Below are positions 39,801 to 49,261 of a DNA stretch of 64,000 nucleotides, one piece after another. Numbering within the stretch: the stretch's first letter is position 1; the number at the start of each line of letters is the position of its first letter. Origin of the DNA: Candidatus Helarchaeota archaeon (lineage in GTDB: Archaea > Asgardarchaeota > Lokiarchaeia > Helarchaeales > RDOG01); the NCBI GenBank assembly GCA_019058315.1, contig JAHPZH010000001.1, positions 343,536 through 407,535 on the forward strand. The letters run 5' to 3'. Under the pieces are notes generated by a model. It saw only the letters and a program-made list of their open reading frames with translations, was not told the DNA's origin and made no database searches. The translations under genes were made by a program, and so were the position numbers.

Positions 39801-41975
39801 TAAATTTCCATCACTGTCTAAATCACCAAGCGCAGGGGAAGAGTAAATAACAGACCCTATATTTATAGGCCAACCCGTTACATTAGTCCCATCATGATTT
39901 AATGCCCAAATGTTTTGATCAGTTGAACCTGTTATTATTTCTAAGAATCCATCATTATCGATATCCGCAAGAGCTGAGGATGATCTAACCAAACCTGCTG
40001 TTTTTATAGGCCATCCAGTTACATTATTACCATTTGATTCAAGGGCCCAAATATAACCATCATAAGAATTAACAACGATTTCTAATTGCCCATCATTATC
40101 TATATCTCCAAGAGCAGGAGAAGATATAATATCACCTCCAGTTGTTATAGGCCATCCTGTAACATAGCTTCCATTACCTTCAAGGGCATATATATTATTA
40201 TCGGTTGAACCAACAACAATTTCTAACTGCCCATCATTATCAATATCTCCAAGAGCTGGAGATGATTGTACCCAATCTCCTGTGGTTACAGGCCATCCTG
40301 TGACAGTTGTTCCATCATGATTGAATGCATAGATATTATCTATTAAATTTCCAACGACTACTTCTACCATTCCATCACCGTCAATGTCGCCTACAGCTGG
40401 AGAAGAAAGGCTGATAGCTCCACCTGTATCTACCGGCCAACCTGTAATGTTATTTCCTTTAGCATCAAACGCCCAAATATGGTTATCCTGTGATCCAACT
40501 ACCACATCTGATAAACCATCATCATCAAGGTCTACTATAGTAGGGGATGATCTTACACCAGACCCTGTCTCTATAGTCATTTCTAGAATATCAAAAGAAT
40601 AAAGCCCTGTATTTTGACTATTTTGATGAAATTGAGGCCAAGGTAGACGACTTTCAACGTAAGATTTCGTGAGGTCAAACCCCCAGACATACGTGTCATC
40701 AGATCCCGCAAATAGTTCTAATAAGCCATCATCATCAACATCAGCTAATGCAGGAGTGGATCGGACTGAACCCCCAGTTTTAATAGGATATCCAGTTACA
40801 TTTTGTCCAGTATGATGAACAGCCCAAATATAATCTCCTGAACCAAATATTATTTCTTTGTTTATGTCCCCGTTAATTTCTCCAATTATTGGAGAACCAT
40901 AAATAAAATCGTATGTATACACAGGCCACCCTGACAGCATAGTACCATTATAATAATATGCATTAATCTGATTAACATTTTCAGCTGCAACAATTTCAAG
41001 ATATCCATCGTTATCAAGATCACCAAGAGCTGGTGCTGATTGAATAGTTGCAATTTGAGGCCATCCAGGTTCAGTAGTTCCATCATGTTTTAATACCCAA
41101 AGGCGTGCAGGATTACTTGACCCGATTACAATCTCTAAATTTCCATCATTATCAATGTCTCCAAGAGCTGGGGTAGATTGTATTGAAGTTGCTAAATTCA
41201 CAGGCCATCCAGTTACATTAGTTCCATCATGATTTAAAGCCCATACATATCCATCATTAGTGCCAAATATAATTTCTAACTGGTTATCACCATCAATATC
41301 ACCAATTGATGGTGTATGAACTGCCATATTTCCTGTTTTTATGGGCCATGATGTTACATTTGTTCCATCAAGATTAAGTGCCCATATATAACCATCGTCA
41401 TCTCCAATTATGATTTCCAATTCTCCATCACTGTCAATGTCTCCAAGAACAGGAGAAGATTGTGTATTTCCTATGTTTTTTACCGGAAAACCCCAAGAAT
41501 AATTAAACCAATATATTCTGCCAGTAGTCGTACAAGATATAATACTTAAATTTCCATTTCCTTCTATATCTCCAATCGCGGGGGCTGAATAAATTAAATC
41601 ACCTGGTAATCCAGCATATTTTGGAAAATCATTTGCCATGCTGTAAGTTAAATTATGACCAGTTGAATTCACTACCCAAATTCGGTTACCTGAACCAAAT
41701 ATTATTTCTAATTGATCATCACCATCAATATCTCCAAAAGTTGGAGAAGATCGTACCTGACCATTTGTTTTAAAGGGCCAGCCAGTCATATTAGTTTGCT
41801 TAGTATCAATTAGTTGATTTTCTGGTGGTATTTTTTGTATTGGTCCCTGAGTTGATAGGATATTTTGATTTGTTGAAAATTGTGGAATTATAAGACAAGA
41901 ATATAGTATTGGTAGAAATATCACTATAATTAAAAGACCTAAGCTAATCAACTTCTTTATATTCTTTGTTTTCAT
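36873..41975 (-). CDS. Giant surface protein: two 8-repeat FG-GAP propellers + eight ~96-aa Ig-like repeats + TM
   Basis: 16 SSPALGDIDxDGxLE repeats, each block of 8 closed by PWPxFxxxxxxTGLY; 8 x PTSNSP..ETIDW.LWD..G.GKYRVWANDTN..FNYTIEYNNS; C-terminal TM and basic tail. Confidence 0.93.
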   Translation of the reverse strand: MKTKNIKKLISLGLLIIVIFLPILYSCLIIPQFSTNQNILSTQGPIQKIPPENQLIDTKQTNMTGWPFKTNGQVRSSPTFGDIDGDDQLEIIFGSGNRIWVVNSTGHNLTYSMANDFPKYAGLPGDLIYSAPAIGDIEGNGNLSIISCTTTGRIYWFNYSWGFPVKNIGNTQSSPVLGDIDSDGELEIIIGDDDGYIWALNLDGTNVTSWPIKTGNMAVHTPSIGDIDGDNQLEIIFGTNDGYVWALNHDGTNVTGWPVNLATSIQSTPALGDIDNDGNLEIVIGSSNPARLWVLKHDGTTEPGWPQIATIQSAPALGDLDNDGYLEIVAAENVNQINAYYYNGTMLSGWPVYTYDFIYGSPIIGEINGDINKEIIFGSGDYIWAVHHTGQNVTGYPIKTGGSVRSTPALADVDDDGLLELFAGSDDTYVWGFDLTKSYVESRLPWPQFHQNSQNTGLYSFDILEMTIETGSGVRSSPTIVDLDDDGLSDVVVGSQDNHIWAFDAKGNNITGWPVDTGGAISLSSPAVGDIDGDGMVEVVVGNLIDNIYAFNHDGTTVTGWPVTTGDWVQSSPALGDIDNDGQLEIVVGSTDNNIYALEGNGSYVTGWPITTGGDIISSPALGDIDNDGQLEIVVNSYDGYIWALESNGNNVTGWPIKTAGLVRSSSALADIDNDGFLEIITGSTDQNIWALNHDGTNVTGWPINIGSVIYSSPALGDLDSDGNLEIVIGDNIGNIWALNHDGTNVTGWPIYIGGLIEGSPALGDIDGEGQLEVVIGSSNDYIWALNHDGTIVNEFPVQTGGDVPSSPAIGNIIDNDLVEIVVGSLDDSIYVLKYTGDFETERFPWPMFQHDCNHTGLYGQPPRSNYPDDILTTTLGTELINWTLWDTIGSGKYRVWANDSNDNYYIWQGWTDWTNNTNLTVTINRTTIGVFNYTIEYNNSKGFIGSPDTVIVTVVDYPSSNQPDDIITSTLGSETIDWMLWDKVGSGKYRVWANDTNDNYYIRQDWTDWTNNSNLAVTINRTVVGIFNYTIEYNNSGGLYGAPDMVIVAVMELPTSNSPNDIVTLTSGSETIDWTLLDSMGPGKYRVWVNDTNDNYYVWIDWTDWTNNSNLMAAINRTATGIFNYTIEYNNSGDFFGNPDTVIVIVVTPPNSNSPSNIITSTLGSETIDWTLWDSVGSGKYRVWANDTNDNYYVWLDWTDWTNNTNLMIDINRTDIGIYNYTIEFNNTGGIFGTPNTVIVTIMELPTSNSPGDIVTLTTGSETIDWILLDSMGSGKYRIWANDTNGNYYVWLDWTDWTNNTNLMAAINRTATGIFNYTIEYNNSGNFFGNPDTVIVNVVTTPTSNSPSNILTSTIGLETIDWFLWDAVGSGKYRVWANDTNNNYYIWQDWTDWTNDSNLMITINRTATGIFNYTIEFNNSASILGTPDMVIVTVVLPPTSNSPLDIQTTTLGTETIDWILWDAVGPAKFIVIANDTNDVMYIWQGWTDWINNTNLLIPINRTATGVFRYLIIFNNSYGIYGITDEVIVTITLPQPPTSNQPANFNSELSGSETIDWILWDSVGPGKYRILVNDSNDNYYVWIDWTDWINNTNLMISLNRSVTGVFNYTIEYNNSYGLLGIVDTVIITITEEQPSQGLDPGLLLGAASMAGGGGSFFTSPIFFGVIGGIAVVVIIIGIVVSKKSKNGKKIFYPSTSESEK

Positions 41976-42234
41976 GTTGAACTTTTCCTTTTTTTTTTGA
42001 TAATATTATTGCCCTAATATATCAAAAGGAAGGAGTAATTCAAAGAATATACTTTAAAACAGAAAATTTTGATAAAAAAATTCAAAAATTGTTTTAAAAA
42101 GTAATAAAATCTCATAAAATTTTTTGTTTTACCATTTTCTGTTTCATTTTTTTCCAAAATTGAAATTGACATTCTTTAAATTCGATCCCTTATTTTTATT
42201 AGGACAATATGTATAAATGATTAGTGTACTTATA

Positions 42235-42291
42235 TAAACATTATCACATAATCTATAAATACATTAACAACTATATATGTGATAATGTTTA
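42235..42291. promoter_or_regulatory. Perfect 16-bp inverted repeat with 25-bp spacer; candidate operator
   Basis: taaacattatcacata (42235-42250) and tatgtgataatgttta (42276-42291), ending 43 bp upstream of the RHH gene. Confidence 0.65.
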
Positions 42292-42334
42292 GAAAAAAAA
42301 ACGTTTATAGATTAATTAAAAATCGAAGATTAAC

Positions 42335-42763
42335 ATGTCAGAAAACAAAAAAAAGGGAAAAAAATTAATTAATGAGAATAATTTCAATAACAAAACTACA
42401 AAAACTGAACAATTTAACAATTCTAATGAACTAATAAATCAATCTTTCAAAAAAAATAAAGAACAAAAAGAAAATAATGATAAACTGACGAAAAGAGTAA
42501 AACCTCATAAATTAACTGCAAAAAAAAGAATAATCAATTTTGTAACAAGAATTGATAAAGATACTTCAAAATTATTAAACGCTATGGTTGCTTTAGATAT
42601 TGCACCATCAAGGTCTTCGGCTGCTGCATCCTTAATTTCAGAAGCAATTGAAAACAATAAAGAAAAATATTTAAAAATTTTGGAAAGTTATGATACTTTA
42701 AAAGACGCTAAAGAAAAAGTTAAGTCTAATTACTATAAAACACTTAAAGAATCTAATGAGTAA
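42335..42763 (+). CDS. Ribbon-helix-helix (CopG-like) protein with C-terminal coiled coil, copy 1
   Basis: FVTRIDKDTSKLLNAMVALDIAPSRSSAAASLISEAI. Confidence 0.75.
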   Translation: MSENKKKGKKLINENNFNNKTTKTEQFNNSNELINQSFKKNKEQKENNDKLTKRVKPHKLTAKKRIINFVTRIDKDTSKLLNAMVALDIAPSRSSAAASLISEAIENNKEKYLKILESYDTLKDAKEKVKSNYYKTLKESNE

Positions 42764-43113
42764 GAATCAATAAAAAGTATTGACAAAGAATAATTTGTTA
42801 ATAAACTTGTATTAACAACCTAATTCTGCTATATATTAAAATTCTTACCTTTTTTGAATAAATTAATCCTAGTGTTTAAAATTAATATAAGAATCCACAA
42901 AACTCAATTCCCTACTTAAATAATCTATTTTTAATTTAATTTTATACATAATTAGAACAGACAAATCTTAAAATCCGATTTCAATATACTAGGAGAAATG
43001 TATTGATAAGTTATGTATTTATACAAACTTCATCACATAAAGGACTTTTACATAATTAATATATACTAATCATGAGTATTATACTTAGAAATCATTTATT
43101 TCTTACGATTAAT

Positions 43114-43458
43114 ATGTCAAAAAAAATAAAAAAAATTAAGAAAAAACCAAAAACTACACTAGATAGAATGAAGTTGGGTCAAGAAAAGAAAACCGAAAGC
43201 CTTGTGGCAAGAATTGACGATAAAACATCAAATTTATTGGATGCTATTGTTGCGTTGGATATTGCTCCCTCACGTTCTTCCGCGGCTGTTACTTTAATTT
43301 CTGAAGCTTTTGAAAAGAATAAAGAAAAATATTTAAAAATTTTAGAAAGTTATGAGGCTCTTAAAGCAGCTAAAGAAAAATTAAAGACCAACTTTTATGA
43401 ATCAATCAAAGAAACTGAAGAGGAAGAATCAGAAGAAAAAAGTGATAACGAAGAATAA
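43114..43458 (+). CDS. Ribbon-helix-helix protein, copy 2 (tandem paralog)
   Basis: LVARIDDKTSNLLDAIVALDIAPSRSSAAVTLISEAF. Start moved from 43072 to ATG 43114 because its context (gattaatATGtca) matches copy 1 (gattaacATGtca). Confidence 0.75.
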   Translation: MSKKIKKIKKKPKTTLDRMKLGQEKKTESLVARIDDKTSNLLDAIVALDIAPSRSSAAVTLISEAFEKNKEKYLKILESYEALKAAKEKLKTNFYESIKETEEEESEEKSDNEE

Positions 43459-43464
43459 TTGATT

Positions 43465-44376
43465 TTACTCTTTATTTCGAGATTTCTTTTGTTCAGCTGC
43501 CATTGGATTTTTGTCCATACAAGGAACACCGAATTGGCAGAAAGCACAACCTACTGGGGGTTTTTGTTTAAAATATTGACCATCAATGCGGCGATAATGA
43601 GGTTTTAGAATGGGTTCAAGACGTTTATTCATCACTCTCTCAATTTTACTTCCAAGTGTCCTACACTTGACTTTATCATGACCTTTTTCTGAAATAGCTC
43701 CTATAGGGCATCTATCTACACATTTTTTACATGTACCCTTTGAATAAAATAAGCAATTAGCATATGGATCATCACTTTTTCTAGGAGTTACAGTTAGAGG
43801 GGCATCAGTAATAACTGAACAGAGTCTAACATTACAACCAACTTCCGTAATTAGTCCCTCATGAAGACTAAATGTGCCTAAACCTGCAGCAAAGGCGATG
43901 TGTCTCTCTGACCAAGTAGAGTAAAATCCTGGGTAGATAGTAAAAACTTCACTTAACATCCCAGCTGTTGCTTTATATCCCTGTTCCTCAAAATATTTTA
44001 TTGTTTTTTCCATAATATCTATCTTAAATGCGTTAGCATAATTCCGTCCTATACAATAAATTTCAGCAGGAAGTCCTTTTAATCCTATGCTTTTTTCTCG
44101 AATTTCTTTGGAATATGGGCAAACAATCGATAATATACGTAGACTTACCGATAAATTCTCTTCATCTGGAAGTTCGTTTGCCACCCACATTTCAATAGGT
44201 GTCAGATGTTTCGGGGCAACAACTTTTTTAAATTTCTGGAAAATTGGATCATTACCACGAGAAACTCCAATTATGGGATTGGAAAAAATCCTTCCTCCTC
44301 CATAGCTTTCTGGAAGTCTGTTGAGTTCATTAGTAGCAAATAATTTTACTAAAAAACTTAGTACTTTTTCATTCAT
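43465..44376 (-). CDS. QueG/reductive-dehalogenase-like cobalamin Fe-S reductase
   Basis: WSERHIAFAAGLGTF..GLITE.G..VRL.SVITD; CxxCxxxCP and CxxCxxxxPC. Confidence 0.85.
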   Translation of the reverse strand: MNEKVLSFLVKLFATNELNRLPESYGGGRIFSNPIIGVSRGNDPIFQKFKKVVAPKHLTPIEMWVANELPDEENLSVSLRILSIVCPYSKEIREKSIGLKGLPAEIYCIGRNYANAFKIDIMEKTIKYFEEQGYKATAGMLSEVFTIYPGFYSTWSERHIAFAAGLGTFSLHEGLITEVGCNVRLCSVITDAPLTVTPRKSDDPYANCLFYSKGTCKKCVDRCPIGAISEKGHDKVKCRTLGSKIERVMNKRLEPILKPHYRRIDGQYFKQKPPVGCAFCQFGVPCMDKNPMAAEQKKSRNKE

Positions 44377-44409
44377 TTCAAATCATTATATGCTATTGCC
44401 AATATATTT

Positions 44410-45447
44410 TCAAGGATTAATCATTATTTTTAAAGAAGATTTTGGATTGTGAGCAAGATTTATTGCGTCATTTAACTTTTCAAGATTAAAATTATGAGTA
44501 ATTAACTTTTTGACATCGATTTTTCCATTTTTAATCATATTTAGACCAGTTGCATATTCATTCGGAGAGGAAGAATATGAACCAACAAAACAGGCTTCCT
44601 TTTTATAAATAAGATTAGGATCTAAAGGAAATGTTCCTTGCAATGATTCTGCAAAAAATAATACATCCCCACCTCTTCCAATTATTTTAGTACTTTCATT
44701 ATAAATAGCGGGATGGCCTACTGTTACTATAACTAAATCCACACCATTATTTCTAGTAATTTCATTGACTATATCAACAACTCCTATATTATCTGAAGGG
44801 TTTATAAGGTGAGAGGCTCCAAAAGATTCTGCATATTTTAACCGGTAATCCATTAGCTCTGTGCAGAAAATATCTGAAGCATTAAAAGCTTTTGCAATCT
44901 GAACAAAAAGTAAACCGATTGGTCCTGCTCCATAAATAAACACCGAATCTCCTTTTCTAAAACGTGTTTTTCTGAATCCCCTTAAACAACAAGCTAAAGG
45001 TTCCATGAATGCAGCTTCATCAAAACTTAATCCCTCTGGTATATGTAACATTGTATTACGGACATTAGGTTCTGGAACCCTCACATGAGTTGAAAAACCT
45101 CCAGGGTCAAGATTTGTCTTTAAGTATTGATCGCATAATGAATGATGATCTTTTTGACAATAATGGCATACTCCACAACCTGCATGATGGGCTAGGGCTA
45201 CTTTATCTCCCACTTTAAATTCAGTTACCTTTTCACCAAGATCTATAATTTCTCCAGAAACTTCATGTCCAAGGACAATTGGTGTTTTTACAGTTTTATG
45301 TATGGCTTTATGAACGTCAGTTCCGCAAATTCCACAAGATTTGACCCGAACTAAAGCTTCTTGAGCACTAATTTTAGGAAGAGGAAGTTCTTCAACTTTA
45401 AAATCCCCTATATCATAATAAAAAGCCGCCTTCATGTTTTCTTTCAT
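44410..45447 (-). CDS. Zn-dependent medium-chain dehydrogenase (sorbitol/L-iditol DH-like)
   Basis: CGICGTD, GHE, CGVCHYC..C, EPLAC, GAGPIG. Confidence 0.93.
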   Translation of the reverse strand: MKENMKAAFYYDIGDFKVEELPLPKISAQEALVRVKSCGICGTDVHKAIHKTVKTPIVLGHEVSGEIIDLGEKVTEFKVGDKVALAHHAGCGVCHYCQKDHHSLCDQYLKTNLDPGGFSTHVRVPEPNVRNTMLHIPEGLSFDEAAFMEPLACCLRGFRKTRFRKGDSVFIYGAGPIGLLFVQIAKAFNASDIFCTELMDYRLKYAESFGASHLINPSDNIGVVDIVNEITRNNGVDLVIVTVGHPAIYNESTKIIGRGGDVLFFAESLQGTFPLDPNLIYKKEACFVGSYSSSPNEYATGLNMIKNGKIDVKKLITHNFNLEKLNDAINLAHNPKSSLKIMINP

Positions 45448-45512
45448 AAGGATCTATCCAAATAGAATTAAAAAATTAAGTAGGATAATTTAATTTAACA
45501 AAAGAAAAAGTT

Positions 45513-46523
45513 TTAGAATGTTCTTTCTTTTAAAGCTAATTCATTATTATCTATGAATTGAAATATTTCCTCAACTTTTGATGGAAATCCTTCTCTGACT
45601 CCTAATACCATGCATTCAAACGCAGAAAATGCTGTAGCAAATTTAGTAGTTTCAACTAAAGAAAAATTATTCAATTTACTATAAATAACTCCTGCCATAA
45701 AAGCATCTCCTGCACCTGTTGTATCCTTTGCATCAATTTTATAAATTGGGGCAGTGATAATATTGGTTCCATCAGTGACATAAGAGCCATTTTTTCCATC
45801 TGTGCAGGCAATTAATTTGATATTCCAACTAAAAACTTTTTGAATTGCATCTTCTAAATTCGATTCTCCAGTAAGGACAGTAAGTTCTTCTTTGTTTAAT
45901 GAAAGTACATCTGACTGTTTAACAAATTCAATAGCAGAATCCAGTTTTTTTGATAAAATTGACATAGAAGGGGCTGCAAAAATGGGAGCATTTTTCTCTT
46001 TCATTAGATCAATACAACGTTGAATAGTAGCCGTAGCCGTTTTTGAGGTTAGACTAGTCCAAACCAAAGCTCTTGATTTTTTAATTATATCATCATTTAA
46101 TTCATCTGGAGTAATTAAGTTATTTGCACCTTTATACGATAAAATGGACCTGTCTTTTCCCCATGGAGTGAGAAGGATAACCGATAGTCCTGTAGCAACG
46201 CTTTTATCTAAGAAGACTGAATCTATATTGACATTATTATCCTCTAAATCCTTAATACATTCATGCCCTAAAAAATCGTCACCCAACTTTCCTATATATG
46301 CAGTCTTCATATTTAAATATCTTAAATCCACCGAAATGTTAGCTGCACTTCCCCCTGTAACAAAATGCAACTCTTCAACATTTAATTTTGTCGAATACTC
46401 AATTGCTGTATATTTCTTAACAAATCCTTGATCAAACGTTTGTAATCGCATAACATCTGAAACACCAATAATTACGTCTATACACGCCGACCCAATACAT
46501 GCAACATCAATCATTTCGCTCAT
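45513..46523 (-). CDS. PfkB/ribokinase-family carbohydrate kinase
   Basis: GGSAAN, G.LGDDFLG, LNKEE, DTTGAGDAF. Confidence 0.93.
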   Translation of the reverse strand: MSEMIDVACIGSACIDVIIGVSDVMRLQTFDQGFVKKYTAIEYSTKLNVEELHFVTGGSAANISVDLRYLNMKTAYIGKLGDDFLGHECIKDLEDNNVNIDSVFLDKSVATGLSVILLTPWGKDRSILSYKGANNLITPDELNDDIIKKSRALVWTSLTSKTATATIQRCIDLMKEKNAPIFAAPSMSILSKKLDSAIEFVKQSDVLSLNKEELTVLTGESNLEDAIQKVFSWNIKLIACTDGKNGSYVTDGTNIITAPIYKIDAKDTTGAGDAFMAGVIYSKLNNFSLVETTKFATAFSAFECMVLGVREGFPSKVEEIFQFIDNNELALKERTF

Positions 46524-46683
46524 ATTTATTCTATCCTTAATCTTATTTGTAACCTTTATTTTTTTATCAACTTATTAATTTTTTTTAATAATCAAAGTAA
46601 TTATATTTCGGATAAATATTTCAATAGATTACTTTAAAATGATCTTGATAACTTTGTGGATACGAATTTAACGGTGAAATTAT

Positions 46684-47916
46684 TTGAATTTGAATTTAAA
46701 GCTAGAATATTATCCTAAAGTTAAAAATGAACAATTAAAAGAATATTTTACAAATATTAGGAATAATATAAAAAAATGGGACTCTCCTTTTTTTACTGAT
46801 ACTGAATCTTACTTGAATATGGAAAAAATTAAACAAGTAACCAGAGAAAATATAGATAAAAACATAGAAAACACCATTATTTTAGGAACAGGAGGGTCAA
46901 TTCAAACACTTCTTGCATTAAAACATTTATCTAATAAAAAAATTTTCCCAATACCAAGTTCTAGGAGTGTTGAACTAAAGGGATGCTTAGATAAAACAAC
47001 ACCAGAAAATTCTATTGTTATTCCTATCTCAAGAGGCGGTAAAACATTAGATGTGAATTCAACAATTGGAGTATTTTTAAAACTCGGATATAAATTTTTA
47101 GGAATATCCTCAAAAGGTCCCATGAATGAAATGTTAAAAGAGATTAAATGCCCAATTCTAGAAGTTCCAGATCTTTCAGGTCGCTTCGCTGGGTCTATTA
47201 GTAATGTTGGAATAGTTCCCGCTTTGGTTTCTGGGGTTAAGGTTGAATCTTTTCTAAAAGGATTACAAGAAGGTTATAAATTATTTATGAATAATGATCT
47301 CAATCCTAGTATCGAAATGGCGTCATTTTTGTTCAATTTGTATCAAAAAGGATATAAAGTCGTCTTTTCTATGCCATATTCTAAAAATATTGAAGAAAGT
47401 GTTGCATTATTTGTCCAAGAGATTTCTGAGAGCACAGGTAAAGATGAAAAAGGTTTAATGGGTGCATATCAATCCGCTCCATTATGTCAACATTCGGTGT
47501 TAGAATATCTTTTGGGTGGTAGTAAGGGAGCCGTCATTCCTATACTATGGATAGTTGAAAAAGAAATTCCAGATTTAATTTTAGATTCGTCAATTGATTA
47601 TGTTAACGGTCAGACCGCACAAACTATTGTGAATTATCAAGCAGATGCAACTTTTCAAGCTTTAATTGAAGAATCCGTTCCTTCGGCAAAAATAACAATT
47701 AATACCCCAGAAGCAGCTAATATTGGATATTTAATTTCATTTATTCAATCTACAGTTTATTATCTATGTTTGTTATTGGACGTAAATTGGGCGAACAATC
47801 CAAAGGTAGTGATTGGTAAAAATATCTGTAATGAGGCATTGAAAAATAAAATTCCCTCGGATCAGCGAACAGAAACAAGAAAAAAAATCGCAAATGAAAA
47901 ATTCAAAAATTTTTAA
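46684..47916 (+). CDS. Divergent glucose-6-phosphate isomerase (PGI/SIS) family protein
   Basis: LGTGGS, ISRGG, SGRF, QEISESTGK, QHS, NPKVVIGK, in the order of the PGI motifs. Confidence 0.75.
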   Translation: MNLNLKLEYYPKVKNEQLKEYFTNIRNNIKKWDSPFFTDTESYLNMEKIKQVTRENIDKNIENTIILGTGGSIQTLLALKHLSNKKIFPIPSSRSVELKGCLDKTTPENSIVIPISRGGKTLDVNSTIGVFLKLGYKFLGISSKGPMNEMLKEIKCPILEVPDLSGRFAGSISNVGIVPALVSGVKVESFLKGLQEGYKLFMNNDLNPSIEMASFLFNLYQKGYKVVFSMPYSKNIEESVALFVQEISESTGKDEKGLMGAYQSAPLCQHSVLEYLLGGSKGAVIPILWIVEKEIPDLILDSSIDYVNGQTAQTIVNYQADATFQALIEESVPSAKITINTPEAANIGYLISFIQSTVYYLCLLLDVNWANNPKVVIGKNICNEALKNKIPSDQRTETRKKIANEKFKNF

Positions 47917-48005
47917 TAGGAATGAGTGAAAATTAATGAAATTATATTTATTTTTAAAATTAGCTTATTAAATTTTAAGATATCATAATTAATATCAAAC
48001 CGATA

Positions 48006-49229
48006 ATGGAGAAGAAAATGACTATAACGCGAATGATAATGCCAAAACTAGGCATGACAATGGAAGAAGGTACAGTAGTTCAATGGCTAAAGAAGGAAGG
48101 TGACACTGTTGAAAAAGGTGAAAAAATTCTGGAGATTGAGACCGATAAAGTTACAATTGAGGTGGAGGCACCAGCTACTGGTGTTCTCCGAAAAATTATA
48201 GCAGCTGAAAACAAAATCGTCCCAATTGGGAGAACAATCGCTATAATCGCTGATTCAGATGAAGAAATCGATTTGGAAGCTATTATGGTGGAAGAAACTC
48301 GCACTTTACCAAGCATAACTCTACCCGCTGCTCCAATTTCACACGCAGTAGAAAGACCCACGGGAAGAATAATAACCTCTCCAAGAGCAAAAAAATTTGC
48401 AAAGGAAAAAAATGTAGATTTAAGATACATAAGAGGCACTGGACCTGGTGGACGAATTATTGAGAAGGATGTTATTAATTATTTAGAGCAACCAACGGAT
48501 TTGACGCGAACTGGAGTAAAAATTAAAGAAATTCTTCCTATTAGAGGTATCCGTAAAGTAATTGCTGAAAGAATGTCAAGTAGCTTGCAGACAGCTGCCC
48601 AATTAACGATTACAATGGAAGCGGATGTCTCAGATTTAGCAAGATTTCGCAACTTAATTTTGCCAACAATTGAAAAAAAAGAAGGAATTCGAGTTTCATA
48701 TACTGAAATCCTAGTAAAAGTCGTAGCAAAAGTCCTTGAAGAATTTCCAATTGTTAATTCTATCATTGAGGACAATAGAATAAAATTATTGGATGAGATA
48801 AATATTGGAGTTGCTGTAGCAGCAGAAGAGGCATTAATTGTTCCAGTTATTCATGATGCAAATAAAAAATCTATTTTGGAAATTTCTAAAGTCTCAAAAG
48901 ACCTAATTAATAAAACAAGATCTGGTAAATTATCTTTAAACGACCTAAGTAAGGGAACATTTACAGTTACCAATTTAGGGATGTTTGGAGTCGATATTTT
49001 TACACCGATTTTAAATCCTCCTGAAAGTGGAATTCTTGGGGTTGGTCGTATAATTAAAAAGTGGTTGGTAAAAAATGGGGAAGAACAACCCAAAATAGCT
49101 CCAACAATGCAATTGAGCCTTACTTGGGATCATAGAGTAATAGATGGTCATATTGCCGCTCAATTCTTGAGGAGGATAAAAGAAATAATCGAAAATTATA
49201 ATCAATTATTTAGTTTTAAATGGATTTGA
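48006..49229 (+). CDS. Dihydrolipoamide acyltransferase E2
   Basis: Lipoyl domain ETDKV, E3-binding SPRAKKFA..GTGPGGRI, catalytic DHRVIDG. Confidence 0.95.
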   Translation: MEKKMTITRMIMPKLGMTMEEGTVVQWLKKEGDTVEKGEKILEIETDKVTIEVEAPATGVLRKIIAAENKIVPIGRTIAIIADSDEEIDLEAIMVEETRTLPSITLPAAPISHAVERPTGRIITSPRAKKFAKEKNVDLRYIRGTGPGGRIIEKDVINYLEQPTDLTRTGVKIKEILPIRGIRKVIAERMSSSLQTAAQLTITMEADVSDLARFRNLILPTIEKKEGIRVSYTEILVKVVAKVLEEFPIVNSIIEDNRIKLLDEINIGVAVAAEEALIVPVIHDANKKSILEISKVSKDLINKTRSGKLSLNDLSKGTFTVTNLGMFGVDIFTPILNPPESGILGVGRIIKKWLVKNGEEQPKIAPTMQLSLTWDHRVIDGHIAAQFLRRIKEIIENYNQLFSFKWI

Positions 49230-49261
49230 GAAAATAACTTACGCATAGCTAGAAATCTATT

